Assembly (NCBI GenBank): GCA_963768665.1
Contig: CAVYIU010000007.1
Location: forward strand, 135,308-199,307
Direction of reading: 5' to 3'
Source of the DNA: an uncultured Spirochaetota bacterium
GTDB taxonomy: Bacteria > Spirochaetota > Spirochaetia > SZUA-6 > Fen-1364
Length of the DNA stretch: 64,000 nucleotides
Made by a program: the position numbers and the translations under genes. A model generated the notes under the pieces. The model saw only the letters and a program-made list of their open reading frames with translations. It searched no databases and was not told where the DNA came from. Shown here one piece after another: positions 1-12,664 of the stretch; the stretch's first letter is position 1, and every line of letters begins with the position of its first letter.

Positions 1-31
1 AGGATGTGGCGGCAGAGGTCGAGGTACTGCT

Positions 32-2856
32 TCATGCGCGGACCGCGTGCGCGCGGCGCTCTCCCGGGCCGCGCGCGGCGATCCGCAGCCCCAGCTTCGT
101 AAGCTCGTCCACGATGGCGGGCACGAAGAGGAGCGGGCCGAGGTACGCCCACTGCGCGGCGGTGAGCGGCACCGCGTTGAAGACGGTATTGAGGCCCGGG
201 ACATAGACGGCAGCCATCAGGAGCACGCTCGACACGGCCACAGCGTACTGCATCCACCGGTTGCTGAAAACACCCAGCGCGAAGAGGGACGCCCTCTCCG
301 AGCGGTTCGTGTAGGCGCGCGCGAGCTGGCAGCCGGAGAGCATCACGAAGGCCATGGTGTGCGCCACGGGCTCCGAGCCGAACACGTGCAGGCCGATCCA
401 GAAGGCGAGCAGGCTCGCCCCGGTGATGGCAACGGTCTGCAGGACGAGGCCCAGCGATCATCGACCGGTTGATGATCGGCTCGCGGGGCGGCCGCGGCGG
501 CTGCGTCCATGATGCCGGGCTCGCCCTTCTCCATGCCCAGCGCGAGGGCGGGGGCGCCGTCGGTGAGCAGGTTCATCCAGAGCAGCTGGATGGCCGTCAG
601 GGGAACCGGCCAGCCCGAGGAGCGTGCCGAGGAAGATGGTGCCGATCTCCCCGAGGTTGCAGGACAGCAGGAAGTACACGAACTTGCGGATGTTGGAGAA
701 GATGATGCGGCCCTGCTCCACCGCGGAGATGATGGAGGCGAAGTTGTCGTCGGTGAGCACCATGTCGGCGGTCTCCCGCGTCACGTCCGTGCCCGTGATG
801 CCCATGGCGATGCCGATGTCGGCGCGCTTCAGGGCCGGCGCGTCGTTCACGCCGTCGCCGGTCATGCCCACCACGTGGCCCCGCGAGCGCAGGGCGTCCA
901 CGATGCGCACCTTGTGCTGCGGGCGACACGCGCGCGAAAACCGACGTGCTGCCAACCGCCGCGGCGAGGCCCGCGTCGTCCAGCGCGTCGATCTGCGGCC
1001 CCGACAGCACCCGCGCGCCCTCGGCGAGGAGCCCGATCTTCCGCCCGATGGCGGCCGCGGTCTCGGCGTAGTCACCCGTGACCATGACCACCGCGATGCC
1101 CGGCATCATGTGCCCGCTGGATGGCGGGACCCGCCTCGGGCCGGGCAGGGTCCATCATGCCGATCAGTCCGAGGAACGTGAGGTTCTCTTCCACCGTCCG
1201 CGGGCGCCGGGTCGGACGGCACGGCCTCCAGGCCGCGGTAGGCCACGCCCAGGACGCGCAGGGCCCGGGAGGCGAAGAGCGCGTTCACGTCCAGGGCCGC
1301 GCTTTCTCCGCACCCGTCATGGGGACGACGGTGCCGCGTTTCAGCACGTGGCTGCACCGGGCCAGGAGGAGATCCGGCGCGCCCTTCACGAACACGACGA
1401 ACGGGGCCGACGTGGCGACGGCCACCCCGTCCTCCTTGCGCACGGCGCCCGCCGCGGCGGCGGTGTATCGTGCTCATGCGCTTGCGCTCCGCGTCGAAGG
1501 GGATCTCGGCCACGCGCGGGTAGAGCAGCTCCGCGCGCTCGCGGTGCAGCCCCGCCTTTGCGGCGGCCACGACGAGCGCGCCCTCGGTCGGGTCCCCGAC
1601 CATGCGGTACGCGGGCTGGCCTTCCGCAGACGGGTCACGCTCGAGCCGAGCGTCGCTCGCCAGCATGGCGGCCTGGAGCAGGAGCGCGCACGGAGCTCAC
1701 GTCCCGCAGCTCGGCGCGGCGCTGGTCCTTCTGGAGCTCGCCCCGCGGCTGCCAGCCCTCGCCCGTGACGGCGAGGAGCTCGTCGTCCGCCCACACGTGG
1801 GCCACCGTCATCTCGTTCTGCGTCAGGGTGCCGGTCTTGTCGGTGCAGATCGCCGTGGCGCTTCCCAGCGTCTCCACCGCGGGGAGCTTGCGGATGAGGG
1901 CATGCCGCTTGATCATCTCCTGCATCCCCAGGGCGAGGCAGATCGTGACGATGGCCGGCAGGCCTTCCGGCACGGCGGCGATGGCGAGGCTCACCGAGGT
2001 CATGAACATCATGAGGATGCCCCGGCCCTCGAGGATGCCCACCACGAAGACCACCGCGCAGATGGCCAGCGCCGCGATGCCCAGCCAGCGGCCCACCTGC
2101 GTGAGCTTCTTCTGCAGCGGGGTGTCCTCGACCTCCTGGTCCTGGAGCATGGCCGCCACGAGGCCGATCTGCGTCTCCATCCCGGTGCCCGTCACGATGC
2201 CCCGTCCCCGGCCGAAGGTGATGGTCGTGCCCATCCACGCCATGGTGCAGCGGTCACCCAGGGGAGCATCCGCCGGCAGCGACGCGCGCCGGCTGCTTCT
2301 CCACCGGAACCGATTCTCCCGTCAGGGACGCCTCCTCCACGCGCAGGCTCGCCGCCTCCACCAGCCGGCAGTCCGCGGGCACGTGGTTCCCTGCTTCCAG
2401 GAAAACGAGATCGCCCGGCACCAGCCCGCGGGACGGGATGACGAGCGTGCTCCCGCCGCGCATCACGCGGGCGTCGGGGGCCGCCATTTTCTTCAGCGCG
2501 GCCAGCGCCTGCTCCGCCCTGGATTCCTGCACGACGCCGATCACGGCGTTGAGGATGACCAGCAGGATGATCGCCGCGGCGTCCACCCACTCGCCGAGCG
2601 CGATGGAGATGACCGCGGCAACGATGAGGATGATGACGAGGAAATCCTTGAACTGTTCGACGAGGAGGGACAGGAACGACGGGCGGGGCTTCTCCTCCAG
2701 CTCGTTGGCACCGCCTTCCTCCAGGCGGCGCGCCGCTTCTTCCGTCGCGAGGCCGCGCGCGGGATCGGTACCGAGGGCGGCGGCAACGGCCGCCGCGTCC
2801 CGCGCGTGCGCGTCGGGCACTTCCCAGCGATTCGCTTCGCGAACCGCTGAAGTCAC
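32..2856 (-). CDS. cation-transporting P-type ATPase (P2, Ca2+-ATPase-like); reading frame broken at least 6 times as sequenced
   Basis: Pieces lie in ORFs 2254..3870 (C-terminal part of that ORF), 1635..2243, 1106..1666, 597..1109, 458..1075, 343..576 and 32..385. Together they give the cation-ATPase N-terminus ([21 protein letters not shown]), phosphorylation site [15 protein letters not shown], hinge [23 protein letters not shown] and C-terminal TM helices. GTG at 2856 overlaps the hisG stop (GTGA). Confidence 0.85.
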
Positions 2857-3749
2857 AAAGAGTCGCTCCGGTTGACGACCTTGTTCAGGGGATACTCGAT
2901 GATCCCGTCGGCGCCCTTCTCTATCAGGCGGGGGACGAGCTCCCGAACGAGGCTCTCGCGGATAACGATCTCCACGGAGAACCAGTGCGTGTCGTGCAGC
3001 CTCGCCACGGTGGGGGAGGTGAGGCTCGGGAGGAGCCCGATCACCTCGTCGAAGCTCGTTTCCGGCACGTTCATCTTCAGTCCCACCATGTTCTCCGCGG
3101 CGAGGGCGCCGCGCAGGAGGAGCGCGATGTGCTGGATCTTGCGCTTCTTGGCCGGGTCCTTCATGGCAGCCTTGTTGGCGATGAGCTTCGTGTTCGTCTC
3201 CAGGAGCGTGTGCACGATCTTCAGGCCGTTCGCCTTCAGCGTCGTGCCGGTCTCCGTGACCTCCACGATGGCGTCCACCAGGCCGTCCACGGCCTTGGCC
3301 TCGGTGGCGCCCCAGGAGAACTCCACCTTCACGGGGATCTTCCGCTCCTCGAAGTAGCGCTTCGTGAAGCCCACGAGCTCCGTGGAGATGGTCTTCCCGG
3401 CGCAGTCCTCCACGCTGTTGATGGGCGAGGCGGCGGGACAGGCGAGGACCCAGCGGGCCTTCGTGGTGCTGGCCTTCGAGTAGATGAGGTCCGTGACGAT
3501 CTCCACGTCGGAGCCGTTTTCCAGGATCCAGTCCAGCCCGGTGAGACCCGCGTCCAGCACGCCGTTCTCCACGTAGCGCGCCATCTCCTGCGCGCGCACG
3601 AGGTTGCAGCTGATCTCGGGATCGTCGATGGACGGGAAGTAGGAGCGTTCCGAGACGGAGATCTTCCATCCCGCCTTCTGGAACAGCTCGATGGTGGCCC
3701 GCTCGAGGCTCCCCTTGGGGATGCCCAGCTTGATCACGTGGTTCTTCAT
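2853..3749 (-). CDS. hisG: ATP phosphoribosyltransferase, long form
   Basis: Intact 298-aa ORF with HisG-typical catalytic region plus a C-terminal regulatory domain. Its start overlaps the hisI stop (ATGA). Confidence 0.9.
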   Translation of the reverse strand: MKNHVIKLGIPKGSLERATIELFQKAGWKISVSERSYFPSIDDPEISCNLVRAQEMARYVENGVLDAGLTGLDWILENGSDVEIVTDLIYSKASTTKARWVLACPAASPINSVEDCAGKTISTELVGFTKRYFEERKIPVKVEFSWGATEAKAVDGLVDAIVEVTETGTTLKANGLKIVHTLLETNTKLIANKAAMKDPAKKRKIQHIALLLRGALAAENMVGLKMNVPETSFDEVIGLLPSLTSPTVARLHDTHWFSVEIVIRESLVRELVPRLIEKGADGIIEYPLNKVVNRSDSL

Positions 3750-4189
3750 TTCTTCTCTCCGTACGGACGCGGGCGTTCGGCGGAAGCGCCTCGCGCTTCG
3801 GTCCGTTCGGCGCTGACGCCGTAGACCTCTTTCGGGTCGAACACGAGCACGCCGTCGGTACGCAGCTCACCCTTGTCCACGACGCGGTAGAAGCAGCTGC
3901 GGTATCCCGTGTGGCAGGCGGCGTCGCCGATCTGGTTCACCTTCGCCAGGACGCAGTCCTCGTCGCAGTCGATGCGCAGCTCCTTGACTTCCTGGACGTT
4001 GCCGGAGCTCTCGCCTTTCTTCCAGAGCTTGCTCCGCGAGCGGCTCCAGTAGTGCATGATCCCCGTCTCCAGGGTGAGCTCCCACGACTCTTCGTTCATG
4101 AAGGCGACCATGAGGATCTCGCCGGTCTTCCAGTCCTGCGCGATGGCGGGAACGAGACCGTCGAGCTTCGAGAAATCGAGCTTGATCAT
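3746..4189 (-). CDS. hisI: phosphoribosyl-AMP cyclohydrolase
   Basis: Intact 147-aa ORF with HisI motifs ([28 protein letters not shown]...G.ACHTG..SCF). Confidence 0.88.
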   Translation of the reverse strand: MIKLDFSKLDGLVPAIAQDWKTGEILMVAFMNEESWELTLETGIMHYWSRSRSKLWKKGESSGNVQEVKELRIDCDEDCVLAKVNQIGDAACHTGYRSCFYRVVDKGELRTDGVLVFDPKEVYGVSAERTEARGASAERPRPYGEKK

Positions 4190-4203
4190 GAATGGGAACC
4201 CCC

Positions 4204-5457
4204 TCAGAGTGTCACGTCGTTCGTGCGTCGGCGGAAACTCACATCCGCGCCGAAGATGAGACCGTACGTGTCGATGGCGATCTGCAACTCCTCGTTGGTC
4301 GGGATCACGAGGATGGCAATGGGCGAATAGGGCGTCGACACGACCCCCTCTCCCGACCCGCGGGAGGAGTTCGTCTCGTAGTCCATGAAGATACCGAGAT
4401 TTTCCAGGCGGTGGCAGATACGCTCGCGCATCTTGACGCCGTACTGGCCGATGCCGCCGGTGAAGACGAGGGCGTCGACCTTCACGAGGTTGGCCACGTA
4501 GGCCCCGACGTACTTGCGCACGCGGTACGCGTAGACCTCCAGGGCCTGCACGGCGCGCTCGTTGCCCTTGGCGGCCGCCGCCTCGAGGTCCCGCAGGTCG
4601 TTGGAGATACCTGAAAGCCCGAGGAGCCCGCTCTTCCTGTTGAGGATCGTGTTCACCTCGGTGGGGCTGTAGCCGCGGCGCGTGAGGAAGTCGATGATGG
4701 CGGGGTCGATGTCGCCGCTGCGCGTGCCCATCATGAGCCCCTCCAGCGGCGTGAACCCCATGGAGGTGTCGATGGACCTCCCGTGCTCGATGGCCGTCAC
4801 CGAGGCGCCGTTGCCGAGGTGGCAGGTGATGACGTTCGTGTTCTCGGGGAAGCGCTTCATGAGCTCCATGGCGCGCGCCGCCACGTAGCGGTGGCTGGTG
4901 CCGTGGAAGCCGTAGCGGCGGATCCTGTACTTCTCGTACATCTCGTAGGGCAGGCCGTAGAGGTAGGCGGCCGGCGGCATGGTCTGGTGGAACGCCGTGT
5001 CGAACACTGCCACCTGCTTCACCGTGGGAAAAACCGCCTGGGCCTCGCGGATGCCGATGAGGTTGGGCGGGTTGTGCAGCGGCGCGAGCTCCACGTTCTT
5101 TTCCACCGCCTTGATGACGTCATCGTCGATGACGACGGAGTTCGCGTACTGTTCCCCGCCGTGCACCACGCGGTGCCCGACGCCGACGATCTCTTCCATG
5201 GAGGCCACGACGCCGAGACCGGGATCGACGAGCGCCTTGCAGAGGAGCTCCATGGCGGTCTTGTGAGTGGGGACCGGGTCTTCCTGCAGGAGGTCGCCGC
5301 GCTGCGTCTTCTGCGTGATCTTTCCCTTCAGCTCGCCGATGCGCTCGACGAGCCCCCGGCCGAGGCTGACACGCTGCGGCATCTGGCAGACCTCGTACTT
5401 CAGGGACGAGCTTCCGCAGTTGATGACGAGGATCTTCCTGTCCGTCCCGGCTGGCAT
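4204..5457 (-). CDS. ackA: acetate kinase
   Basis: [46 protein letters not shown]. Start placed at the ATG (MPAGTDRK...) that follows a GAGAGGGA Shine-Dalgarno-like run. Confidence 0.92.
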   Translation of the reverse strand: MPAGTDRKILVINCGSSSLKYEVCQMPQRVSLGRGLVERIGELKGKITQKTQRGDLLQEDPVPTHKTAMELLCKALVDPGLGVVASMEEIVGVGHRVVHGGEQYANSVVIDDDVIKAVEKNVELAPLHNPPNLIGIREAQAVFPTVKQVAVFDTAFHQTMPPAAYLYGLPYEMYEKYRIRRYGFHGTSHRYVAARAMELMKRFPENTNVITCHLGNGASVTAIEHGRSIDTSMGFTPLEGLMMGTRSGDIDPAIIDFLTRRGYSPTEVNTILNRKSGLLGLSGISNDLRDLEAAAAKGNERAVQALEVYAYRVRKYVGAYVANLVKVDALVFTGGIGQYGVKMRERICHRLENLGIFMDYETNSSRGSGEGVVSTPYSPIAILVIPTNEELQIAIDTYGLIFGADVSFRRRTNDVTL

Positions 5458-5670
5458 GCGCGTGTCCCTCTCTGCAGCTGTTCTCATCCTGCGTTTCCGC
5501 CGGCGCGATTCTGATCGTGAACGATCATCGGGTGACTCCCGCGGCCACCGTCACACCTTCCCGCCACCCGTTGGTTCACAATGAGAATCGCTGCCTTCTG
5601 TGGCTCACTTTTACCAGAAAGCCTCCATCTATGCTACCATGCACCGCATGGAAACCATCGGAGAGCTGGC

Positions 5671-6679
5671 ATGACACCCCGGGAGCGCGTGCTGAAAACC
5701 CTCACCTTCGGAAGGCCCGACAGGGCTCCCCGCAACCTCTGGTCCCTCCCCGGCGATAGAGATGTTCCGCGGACCGGAGCTCGCGCGCATGCTCGAGAGG
5801 TATCCCGACGACTTCACGGGCGCGGGGGTGACCTACGGGCGGCCCCTGCAGACCAGCGGCACGCCCTACCGCAAGGGGCGCTACACCGACGAGTGGGGCT
5901 GTCTCTGGGAGGTCGCCGAGGACGGCATCGCCGGCGAGGTGAAGGGACCGCCGCTTGCGGACTGGTCCGCGCTGGACTCCTTCCGCGCGCCGCGGGAGAT
6001 CCTCGCCGGGAACTGGGACGCGGCTGACGCGGCGCGGGCAGGCACGGACAAGTTCATCCTTGCCGGCACCTCGGTGCGCCCGTTCGAGCGCCTGCAGTTC
6101 CTGCGCGGCTCGGAGAACCTCTACATGGACATGGGGTCGGGCGACGCCCGTTTCCACCGCCTGCTGCGGATGGTGCACGAGTTCTTCCTCGAGGAGCTCG
6201 CGCTCTGGGCGGCGCGGGACGTGGACGGCATCTCCTTCATGGACGACTGGGGCACCCAGGTCGCCCTGCTCATCAGCCCCGCGATGTGGCGGGAGTACTT
6301 CAAGCCTCTCTATGCCGAGTATGCCCGCATCATCCGTGCCGCGGGGAAGTTCGTCTTCTTTCACTCCGACGGGCACATCACGAGCATCATCCCCGACCTG
6401 ATCGAGATCGGCGTGCACGCGATGAACGCGCAGCTGTTCTGCATGGACATCGAGGAGATCGCGCGCCTCTACAAGGGGAAGATCACCTTCTGGGGCGAGA
6501 TCGATCGGCAGAAGATCCTGCCGTTCGGCACGCCCGCCGACGTCCGCGCGGCCGTGCGCCGCGTGCGCGCTGCCCTGGATGACGGCACCGGCGGCGTGGT
6601 GGCGCAGTGCGAGTGGGGGATCCACGACCCCGCCGAGAACGTGGCAGCCGTGTTCGACGAGTGGGCGGCGCCGCGGTAG
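5671..6679 (+). CDS. uroporphyrinogen decarboxylase (URO-D) superfamily protein; one frameshift near 5750
   Basis: N-terminus MTPRERVLKTLTFGRPDRAPRNLWSLPG lies in frame 1 and the remainder (ORF 5762..6679) in frame 2. URO-D/MtaA-like fold signatures are present (FMDDWG.Q, FFHSDG, G..A.N). Confidence 0.7.
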
Positions 6680-7579
6680 ATGCGGCTCGTCTACCACGCG
6701 GGAGCGCTGGGCGATTTCATCACGGCCCTGCCTGCCATCGCGGCATGGCGGGGCCCGGCGCGCACGGTTCTCCTGGGACGGCCGGCGCACGCGGCGCTCG
6801 CCGCGCCGCCCTTCCACCAGGCGTGGGACGCCGGCAGCGCCCGGTTCGCGCCGCTGTTCGCTCCCGGCGCCGCGTGGGAGGCGGCCACGGCAGCGCTCTT
6901 CGCCGGCGTCGATGCGGCCCTTCTCTTCGCGTCCGCCTCGTCACCGTTGGCCGAGAATCTACGCTTTCTCGGCGTCTCCCGCGTGGATCGCCACGATCCG
7001 CGTCCCGCCTGCGCGCAGCCCATCGTCGACTACCACCTCGCGGCCGTCGGCGCCGCGCATCTCGCCGGTGCCGTGCCGAGCGTCAGCACGCGCGCGCTTG
7101 CAGGCATCACCGTCGAACCCGGCACCGTTGCCATCGCCCCCGGCAGCGGGAGCCCGACGAAGAACTGGCCGATGGATTCATTCGTGACGTTGAGCGGTCT
7201 GCTCGAGGAGAAAGGAATGCGCCCCGCATGGGTGACGGGTCCCGCGGAAGAGACCCTGGACCTGTCCGCGGGTGTTCGCGTGTGGAAAAACATGCCGCTT
7301 CCCGCGCTCGCGGCCACGCTTGCACGATGCCGACTGTTCGTCGGGAACGATTCCGGGGTGACGCACCTGGCAGCAGCGTGCGGCTGCCCGACCGTCGCGT
7401 TGTTCGGCGCAACTGATCCTGACGTCTGGGCGCCCCGGGGCCGCGCTGTACGCATTGTCACTTCGCTCGCCGGCACCATGGACGGCGTCACGGTTCGTGA
7501 AGCGTACTCTGCGTGTCTGGATGTTCTTGGTGTTTCGGAAAAGCGCCGAACAGCCGTTCGCCGTGGAGGCGAACTTTGA
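6680..7579 (+). CDS. glycosyltransferase family 9 (heptosyltransferase-like)
   Basis: Intact 299-aa ORF abutting the preceding stop codon. GT9-like C-terminal half: PGSGSPTKNWP, LFVGNDSGVTHLAAA.G.PTVALFG.TDP..W.P. Confidence 0.7.
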   Translation: MRLVYHAGALGDFITALPAIAAWRGPARTVLLGRPAHAALAAPPFHQAWDAGSARFAPLFAPGAAWEAATAALFAGVDAALLFASASSPLAENLRFLGVSRVDRHDPRPACAQPIVDYHLAAVGAAHLAGAVPSVSTRALAGITVEPGTVAIAPGSGSPTKNWPMDSFVTLSGLLEEKGMRPAWVTGPAEETLDLSAGVRVWKNMPLPALAATLARCRLFVGNDSGVTHLAAACGCPTVALFGATDPDVWAPRGRAVRIVTSLAGTMDGVTVREAYSACLDVLGVSEKRRTAVRRGGEL

Positions 7580-7672
7580 CACTGCCCCGTTCGGGCTGGC
7601 GCCGCGACTGAGGAGAGTGACGCGGGGAAGAAGAGAGATCCTCTTTTCCCCCGCGTGGGAAGAAACTCTTCC

Positions 7673-7765
7673 CTACCTCTTCTTCGCCGACTTCTTGGCA
7701 GTCTTCTTCGCCGGCTTCTTCGCCGCCTTCTTGGCAGGCTTCTTCGCACTCTTCTTTGCAGCCAT
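7673..7765 (-). CDS. 30-aa Lys/Ala-rich micro-protein, (xAKK)x7, histone-H1-tail-like
   Basis: Hand translation of the minus strand gives MAAKKSAKKPAKKAAKKPAKKTAKKSAKKR-stop. GGGGAGGG lies 4-5 nt upstream of the ATG. It has its own promoter-like boxes (next feature). It is below the length cut-off of the supplied ORF track. Confidence 0.5.
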   Translation of the reverse strand: MAAKKSAKKPAKKAAKKPAKKTAKKSAKKR

Positions 7766-7806
7766 CTTGCCCTCCCCTCTCATCTTAGAGACGTAAATCG
7801 ATTTCA

Positions 7807-7835
7807 AGAATAGTCTCTCGCGCTTCACTTGTCAA
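7807..7835 (-). promoter_or_regulatory. sigma-70-type promoter candidate for the micro-ORF
   Basis: The minus strand reads TTGACA (7835..7830), a 17-nt spacer, then TATTCT (7812..7807), about 40 nt upstream of the ATG at 7765. Confidence 0.45.
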
Positions 7836-7936
7836 GACTTTCACGCTGTTTTCTCGCGAGCCGGGCGCGCTCCGGCAAGGGGTCCGCCGGCGCTGTCGGC
7901 CGGGCCTCGCAGGTTCGGAAAGAGATACAAACAGGT

Positions 7937-8005
7937 GTTCGACGATACCCTGTCTTCCTCCGGCGCGGGGAACGGCCCGCGGCGCGGCGAGCATTATCGT
8001 CGAAC
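7937..8005 (-). terminator. large inverted repeat downstream of atpC (possible atp operon terminator or operator)
   Basis: GTTCGACGATA (7937-7947) pairs with TATCGTCGAAC (7995-8005) around a 47-nt GC-rich spacer that has its own CGCGGG/CCCGCG stem. On the minus strand a T-rich stretch (CACCTGTTTGTATCTCTTT) follows. Confidence 0.3.
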
Positions 8006-8033
8006 GTGTGTTTGACGATTCACCGCGAGGCGG

Positions 8034-9703
<1,670 letters not shown>

Positions 9704-9707
<4 letters not shown>

Positions 9708-10609
9708 GTCCTGCCCCCTTCGCTCCCGCTGATGATTTCTATCATTTCGTTGGTGATCTGCGCCTGGCGCGCCCTGTTGTAGGTGCGCGTCAGCTTCTTC
9801 GTCATCGCGTCGGCGTTGTCCGACGCGCTTCGCATGGCAATCGATCTCTGCGCCTGCTCGCAGACCATCGCCTCCAGCACCACGCAGAACAACTCCGCCT
9901 TCAGGAGGAGCGGCACCAGGGCGCCGAGCACGGCGGCGTGGTCCGGCTCCACGAGGTAGAGGGGCTTGCCGTCCGGCCCTTCCTCGGGCCCGGGCGCCGC
10001 GATGGTCCGGAAGGGGAGCCACGCCTCGCGCCGCACGAGGTGACGAACCCGCGTGAGCGCTCGCGTGCTGATGATCTCGGCGCCGTCGATCTCCTTCGCC
10101 GTGTACATGTCCAGGATCTTCTGCGCGGCCTCGTCGAGGTGGTGGAACGGCACGTTCTCGTCGAAGTCCGCGAGGGGAACCGCGACGGGAAGGTTGTGGT
10201 AGCGGAAGTAGGCGAGGCCCTTCCTGCCCATGACGGCGAGGAGCGGCTCCCTGCCCTCCGCGGAAAGCTCCGCCATGCGGGTGTTCACCGCCTGGATCAC
10301 CTTGGCGTTGTACCCGCCGCACAGGCCCCTGTTCGACGTGACGCAGAAGAGGAGGACGCGCTTCACCTGGACGCGCTCCGCCCCGAGGGGCAGGGCGGCG
10401 ATCTCCTGGTGCGCTTCGAGGCTTCCCGGCGCCGCGCCGAGCGCCTCCGGCAGGAGACGCAGGAGCCCCGCGCGGAGGTCCTTCGCGTGCGTGATGCGCC
10501 CCGAGAGCTTCATGCCCTTGGACTGCGCCACGCGCTCCATCGTGTGCGTGATCTTGTGGATGTTGCGGACGCTCCCGATCCGCTTGCGGATCTCGCGCGT
10601 CTTGGCCAT
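9704..10609 (-). CDS. atpG: F1 ATP synthase gamma subunit
   Basis: Intact 301-aa ORF with [28 protein letters not shown]...NRGLCGGYN...[11 protein letters not shown]. Confidence 0.92.
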
Positions 10610-12108
10610 CAGAACCCTTTCTTGAACTGCGTGATGGCCTCGGAGAGCACCTCCGGCTCGGAGAGGGTGCCGAGGTTGCGGATGCCGGCGAGGATCTCCG
10701 GCTTCGACGCGCGCATGAACTCGAGGAACGTGGTCTCGAACTCCCGCACGCGCGCCACGGGCACGTCGTCCATGAATCCCCTCGTCGCCGCGTAGAGGAT
10801 CATCACCTGCTCCTCCACGGGCATCGGCGAGTACTGCTGCTGCTTCAGCACTTCCACCAGGCGCGCGCCGCGCGCGAGCTGGCTCTGCGTGGCCTTGTCC
10901 AGCTCGGTCCCCATCTGCGCAAAGGCCTCCAGCTCGCGGTAGGCGGCAAGGTCGATGCGGAGCGACCCGGCAACGGCCTTCATCGCCTTGATCTGCGCGT
11001 TGCCGCCGACGCGGGACACGGAGAGGCCCACGTCGATGGCGGGGCGGATGCCCGCGTTGTAGAGATCGGTGCGCAGGTAGATCTGTCCGTCGGTGATGGA
11101 GATGACGTTCGTCGGGATGTAGGCGGAGACTTCCCCTTCCTGGGTCTCGATGAGGGGCAGCGCCGTGAGGGAGCCGCCGCCCATGTCCTTGGAGAGGCGC
11201 GCCGCGCGCTCCAGGAGCCGCGAGTGCAGGTAGAAGACATCCCCGGGATACGCCTCGCGCCCGGGAGGCCTGCGAAGGAGCAGCGCGAGCTGGCGGTAGG
11301 CGTTGGCCTGCCGCGAGAGGTCGTCATAGACGACGAGGGTGTCCTTGTGCTCCTCGTACATGAAGTACTCGGCCATGGCGCACCCGGCGTACGGCGCGAT
11401 GTACTGCAGGGATGCCGGTTCGGCCGCGGTGGCGGCCACGACGATGGTGTGCTCCATGGCACCGCGCGAGCGCAGCGCCTCGACGATGCCCGCGACCATG
11501 GAGGCCTTCTGCCCGACCGCCACGTACACGCAGAGCACGCCCTTGCCCTTCTGGTTGATGATGGCGTCCATGGCCAGGGATTCCTTCCCCGTGCCGCGGT
11601 CGCCGATGAGCAGCTCGCGCTGCCCCTTGCCGATCGGGACCATCGCGTCGATCGACTTCACGCCGGTCTGCAGCGGTTCCTTCACGGACTGGCGGTCGCG
11701 GATGCCCGGCGCCTTGAACTCCACCGGCCTCGTGCGGACCGTCTTCACCTCGCCGGCGTCGTCGATGGGCATGCCCAGCGGGTTCACCACGCGCCCGATG
11801 AGCTCGTGGCCCACGGGCACCTCGAGGACGCGGCCCGTGCGGCGGACCTTCCCGCCCTCGTGCAGGTTCACGTAGTCCCCGAGGATGACCGCGCCGATGC
11901 TGTCCTCTTCCAGGTTGAGGGCGAGCCCGAACACGCCGGTCTCGAACTCGAGCATCTCCATGGCCATGGCGCCGCGCATCCCGTAGATGCGCGCGATCCC
12001 GTCGCCCAGCTCGACGATCGTGCCCACCTCGTCCACGGCGATGTCGCGGGTGTAGCTGCGGATCTCTTCGCGGATCCGCGTCGATATCTCTTCAAGGTTG
12101 ATGCGCAT
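10609..12108 (-). CDS. atpA: F1 ATP synthase alpha subunit
   Basis: Intact 499-aa ORF with GDRGTGKE (Walker A), QRELLIGDR and [17 protein letters not shown]. Confidence 0.95.
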   Translation of the reverse strand: MRINLEEISTRIREEIRSYTRDIAVDEVGTIVELGDGIARIYGMRGAMAMEMLEFETGVFGLALNLEEDSIGAVILGDYVNLHEGGKVRRTGRVLEVPVGHELIGRVVNPLGMPIDDAGEVKTVRTRPVEFKAPGIRDRQSVKEPLQTGVKSIDAMVPIGKGQRELLIGDRGTGKESLAMDAIINQKGKGVLCVYVAVGQKASMVAGIVEALRSRGAMEHTIVVAATAAEPASLQYIAPYAGCAMAEYFMYEEHKDTLVVYDDLSRQANAYRQLALLLRRPPGREAYPGDVFYLHSRLLERAARLSKDMGGGSLTALPLIETQEGEVSAYIPTNVISITDGQIYLRTDLYNAGIRPAIDVGLSVSRVGGNAQIKAMKAVAGSLRIDLAAYRELEAFAQMGTELDKATQSQLARGARLVEVLKQQQYSPMPVEEQVMILYAATRGFMDDVPVARVREFETTFLEFMRASKPEILAGIRNLGTLSEPEVLSEAITQFKKGF

Positions 12109-12123
12109 CAGTTTTCCTCTTCT

Positions 12124-12657
12124 TCACTCCGCGAGGCTTTCCCGCAGTCTCTTCAGCTGCCCCTCGATGCTGAGCTCGATCTCCTGCCCCTCGCTGGCGG
12201 TGACCACCCCGCCCACGAGCGACGGTCGGACCTCGGCGGCCATCTCCACCGTGCCGCCGTAGCGTGTCTCCAGGGCCCGGCCGACCCGCGCCTGCTCCTC
12301 GGCGCCCAGGGGGAAGGCCGAGGCGACAGTCACCTTGCGCACGCCGCGCGCCAGCCGCGCGAGGCGTTCCAGCTCCTCGGTCACCTCCCCGAGCAGCCGC
12401 ATGCGTCCCCTGTCGGCCATGATGAAGAGCGTGGTGAGCACCAGCGGGTCGAGCTTCCCCTCGAAGCCGGCCCGGATGACCGCCTTCTTGGTGGGCCGCC
12501 CGATGAGCCGGTTGCCGAGGAACTCGCGCACGCTCCTGTCGTCGTAGAGGGCCGCGCGCGCCGCGCGCAGGTCCTGCTCCACGGCGTCCAGGGAGCCCGT
12601 CTCCCGGGCGAGGTCGAAGAGGGCGCGCGCGTAGTTGCGGCCGATGGTGCTGGTCAT
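12124..12657 (-). CDS. atpH: F1 ATP synthase delta subunit (OSCP)
   Basis: Intact 177-aa ORF in the operon position between atpF and atpA. N-terminus YARALFDLA is typical of delta. Confidence 0.85.
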   Translation of the reverse strand: MTSTIGRNYARALFDLARETGSLDAVEQDLRAARAALYDDRSVREFLGNRLIGRPTKKAVIRAGFEGKLDPLVLTTLFIMADRGRMRLLGEVTEELERLARLARGVRKVTVASAFPLGAEEQARVGRALETRYGGTVEMAAEVRPSLVGGVVTASEGQEIELSIEGQLKRLRESLAE

Positions 12658-12664
12658 GGCAGGG

